From Takakia lepidozioides (Eukaryota > Plantae > Bryophyta), in assembly GCA_030704615.1 (NCBI GenBank), contig CM060731.1, forward strand, positions 8,370,001 to 8,434,000: a stretch of DNA of 64,000 nt, given 5' to 3'. Each line of letters starts with the position of its first letter. Position 1 is the stretch's first letter. The position numbers and the translations under genes were made by a program. Of this stretch, positions 60,630 to 64,000 are shown in pieces. The notes under the pieces were generated by a model, which ran no database searches, was not told where the DNA came from, and was given only the letters and a program-made list of their open reading frames with translations.

Positions 60630-62265
60630 AGAATAGCATGAAACATTCGGAAGAGGTACTAGGGTAGTACAATAAGGTTTGGGGTGTAACTAGAGAGAAG
60701 TGTAATAAGGTTTGGGTTTACAGTAAGGGTAAGGGTTTAGGGTTTGGATTTAGGGTACAAAAAGACAAACAAATATGATGGACTTACATTCGGTAGAATT
60801 AAGACATGGTTGAGGAATTTGATATCATTGTAATCATTCTATCATACCTTATCCAACAAAAGAAAATATTAAAAGAGCATGAAACATTGAGAAGATCTAA
60901 CATGGTAGTACAATAAGGTTTGGAATGTAACTAGGGTAGTACACTAAAGTTATTGGTTTATGGTAAGATTAATGGTTTAGGGGTGATGGTAAAGATAGGG
61001 TTTTCGGTTTGCCAAGTTTAAGAACACTATTGGACAAACAAATATGGAAGATTCACAGTCGCTAGAACTTGGTGTGTGTTAGAAGGATAAAAAATAAAAA
61101 ATAAAATGGAGAAACAAATATTATGGAAGAGTCATTCGGCCGGAGAAGTATTTAGATTGAGGATTCGTCCTTGGAACCTGGTATTAAGATACATATGGTT
61201 ATGGTATGGATACTTCATTCCCATTTGCAAGGGAAAGGTAAGGGTTTAGACGTAACAATGGCGTAGGGTTTTGTTTAGGGTTCCCGACGAGGGTTTAGGG
61301 TTTGGGTTGAAGGCAGAAATGGTGAGCATACATGCCGGAAAACTCGCACTCGCTACAACTTAGTGTTGTTAGTAAGGTAGTACTAAGCAAAATAAAAATG
61401 AAGAACCTGATATTATGGAAGTGTAGTCATTGCATCGGACAAGTATTTAAATGAAAGACTCGTCCTTAGAACCTGGTATTAAGATACATAGAAAGCAAAG
61501 TTTGATAAAAAAAGGTAAGTGCATGTCAATCCAAACCAAAGGCAAAACCTTGCGCAAGGTGAAGGGCGAAGAGATTTGAATAACCATAAATAGTTATGGT
61601 TATGGTATGGATACTTCATTCCTAGTTGCAGGGGAAGGGTAAGGGTTTAGACGTAACAATGGCGTAAGGTTTTCCTTAGGGTTTTCGACGAGGGTTTAGG
61701 GCTTGGGTTGAAGGCAGAAATGGTGAGCATACATGCCGGAAGACTCGCACTCACTACAACTTAGTGTGTGTTAGTATGGTACAAAATGGAAATTTGGTTA
61801 CATTGAAGAGATTTGGATAACCAAAATGGTTATAATTATGGTATGGATAGTTGATTCCCATTTGCAAAGGGAAGAGAAAGGGTTCTGGGGTATTGGGTTA
61901 AGGGTAAATGTTTAGGGTTTTCTAGTAAGGGTTTAGGGTAAGCGTTTATGGGTTTTGTTTAAGTTACAAAATAGACAAACAATAAGTCTTATGGAAAACT
62001 CCAAACTTCGCTAGAACTTAGTGTTGTTAGTAGGGTACTAGTAAGCAAAAAAAAATGAAGAACCTAATATTATGGACAAGTATTTAAATGAAAGACTCGT
62101 CATTGGAACCTGGACCTAGTATTAAGATGTAACATAGAAAGCAAACTGTAACATGCCTAAATGCATGTCAATCCAAAACAAAGAAAAAAACTAGCGCAAA
62201 TGTGAAGGGAAAAGACATTTCAATAACCATAATGGTTATGGTTATGGCTATGGTTATGGTATGAA
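60630..62265. repeat. Degenerate long-unit repeat array rich in TTTAGGG-like motifs
   Basis: 61195-61365 recurs at 61596-61768 (~400-bp period) and 60630-60800 resembles 60870-61060. agggtttagggtt and atggttatggtatgg recur. Confidence 0.8.
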
Positions 62266-64000
62266 TAGATTTGGAAAGAAAATGGCGTTATATAACGATT
62301 TTTGGGAAGCGCCTGGATCTCATGGGAGAAAATGGATCTGAAGAAAACATGAGAGAGGATAAAAAGTCAAACCACCAAATAAAAACAATGAGAAATAAAA
62401 ATTGCTTAAAATTTGAACAACGGAAAAGGACATGTGAAATTCCCTCTTAAACCAGGGGCAAAGATGAGAAGTATGAAAATCAAATGAAATGAAAGTTTGG
62501 TGCAGAAAAGTCGTAGAGCTTAGAGGGAAAATGGAGGAAAACCTCATAGAAAAACTTGAGGACTGGCAAATTGAAAAATTGTATGTCAACAACGATTGAA
62601 TAAGGCTCCTCCTAGTGGGAGACTTCAGTGGGAGAATTGGTTATGCGAAAAGCAAGTCCAATGTTTCAGAGAAGGACTGGAATTGGGCTATTTTCTTCCA
62701 TTGTTAAAAACCTCTTTGACCGAATTTGAAGACTCCAGTGGTCGTGCCTACCCATTTTGTTCTTGTGATCTATATGTTATGTAGGCGAAACTCCCCCACA
62801 GGGTCATCTTTGTTGACCAAGACGTACAGCAGGCCAGCATCCAGCAAACCAGAAACAAAGGACGAGAACGTCCACTAGACATTCGAGGTTTAATGCGACA
62901 TAAGAAGATAACAAAAAGGATCCCCAAACGCAAACAAGAAGGGCCATATAGAGAAGAAAATTTTATTTCTTAAATCGAAGTACTGGAGTTGACCTCAACA
63001 ATATGTCCTTGGTCTGGAACTCGCTCGCACGACTCGTTTTCTGACTGATGATTAGCCTCCTCCAAATTAACGCGCGCCTTCACTGATTCGGCGGTAGTAA
63101 TTCTCTTAGTGCTATTCCTTGTCGTATTTTTTCGTGGAGGCATTGTCCACACAACATTGGTCACGTGGATCCATTGAGAAGGATCTGACGAGTTATACTC
63201 CCAAAGTTTTGACCAACAGTCCCTGTACCTTTCCAAGTCTGTTGGGTTACCACCTTTTCTCGGTCTCCACCACTCCACCTTCAGCTTCTTAAAATTGGTG
63301 ATGACTCTGTTGTCTTCGAGACAAAAGACTACTCAAATATCTTGGATGCTTTTGTGGCTCGGCAACTCATGTCTAGTGCTTTTGTATTTTTCTCCACACA
63401 AGAATCATCGAGAAATCTTGTGTCATACATCCGGAATGGCCCTGGATCAAAATCGTTTATTATCCGACAGGGTTATTACATTCCTGGCGAGTTTGAATCA
63501 CCTTACAAGAGCTGCACGACTATATTCTCCCGGACGGTCCTTTGCCTCGACTACGTATTTCCGGCAACAGCTGAGGAGATGGTGAATCCGGACGACCACA
63601 TTCAAACTGTTTTGTTATCGCCGGACCCAATTAATCCCGTTATCCAAGGACCAGATGTAGACCCAACCTCGCAGGATATGGAGTGCAGAACTTACAATCA
63701 TGAGCTGAGGCCGGACACCTACGATTACCTGGTTTTTTTTTTTTTGCAGGGACGGGATGTCTTGTGTGAACATTTTCGGAGGACTGGCAATGACATATGT
63801 TCTTCTTGTAAGCGGATTCTGCATCTTGGAATTGTCTGTGTTTTCAGTTTTCCGGATTTAACTCTCGTATTATTGACGTTGTCGGAAAAGCGTGTTTAAC
63901 CTGTGTCTAATTGTTCCATTTTGTTAACCTCCATTGGGCAGTGGAGGTTCATGTTATTGGAGTTGTGGGTGTTTTGGGTGTTTGTTATTCTGCAGATTGG

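Overview
Eukaryotic land-plant genomic DNA. A non-seed plant, probably a bryophyte, is inferred from a PLS-type PPR fragment, GT-AG introns and the gene set; the species cannot be named from the sequence. Two spliced genes look intact on +: a PLAC8/PCR/CNR-family gene (21416-23994) and an ACT-domain-repeat ACR gene (39453-42615). The rest includes a decayed intron-containing VPS11 copy, a decayed coiled-coil gene, other gene fragments and many transposon remnants: piggyBac-like, Tc2/pogo-like, L1-type LINE, tRNA-SINE and a MITE. The main feature is a degenerate 11-kb Ty3/Gypsy retrotransposon (5129-16197) with four unusual properties. (1) A DNMT3-like C5 cytosine methyltransferase sits in-frame in Pol between protease and RT. 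(2) A PHD finger follows the integrase. (3) There is no tRNA PBS; a 12-nt PBS is complementary to a hairpin loop inside its own LTR, suggesting Tf1-like self-priming. (4) The LTRs are split and permuted as B-internal-AB-A, and both outer ends map to a 10-bp palindrome GACAGCTGTC inside the LTR. All protein assignments are by-eye motif recognition, and remnant coordinates are approximate.
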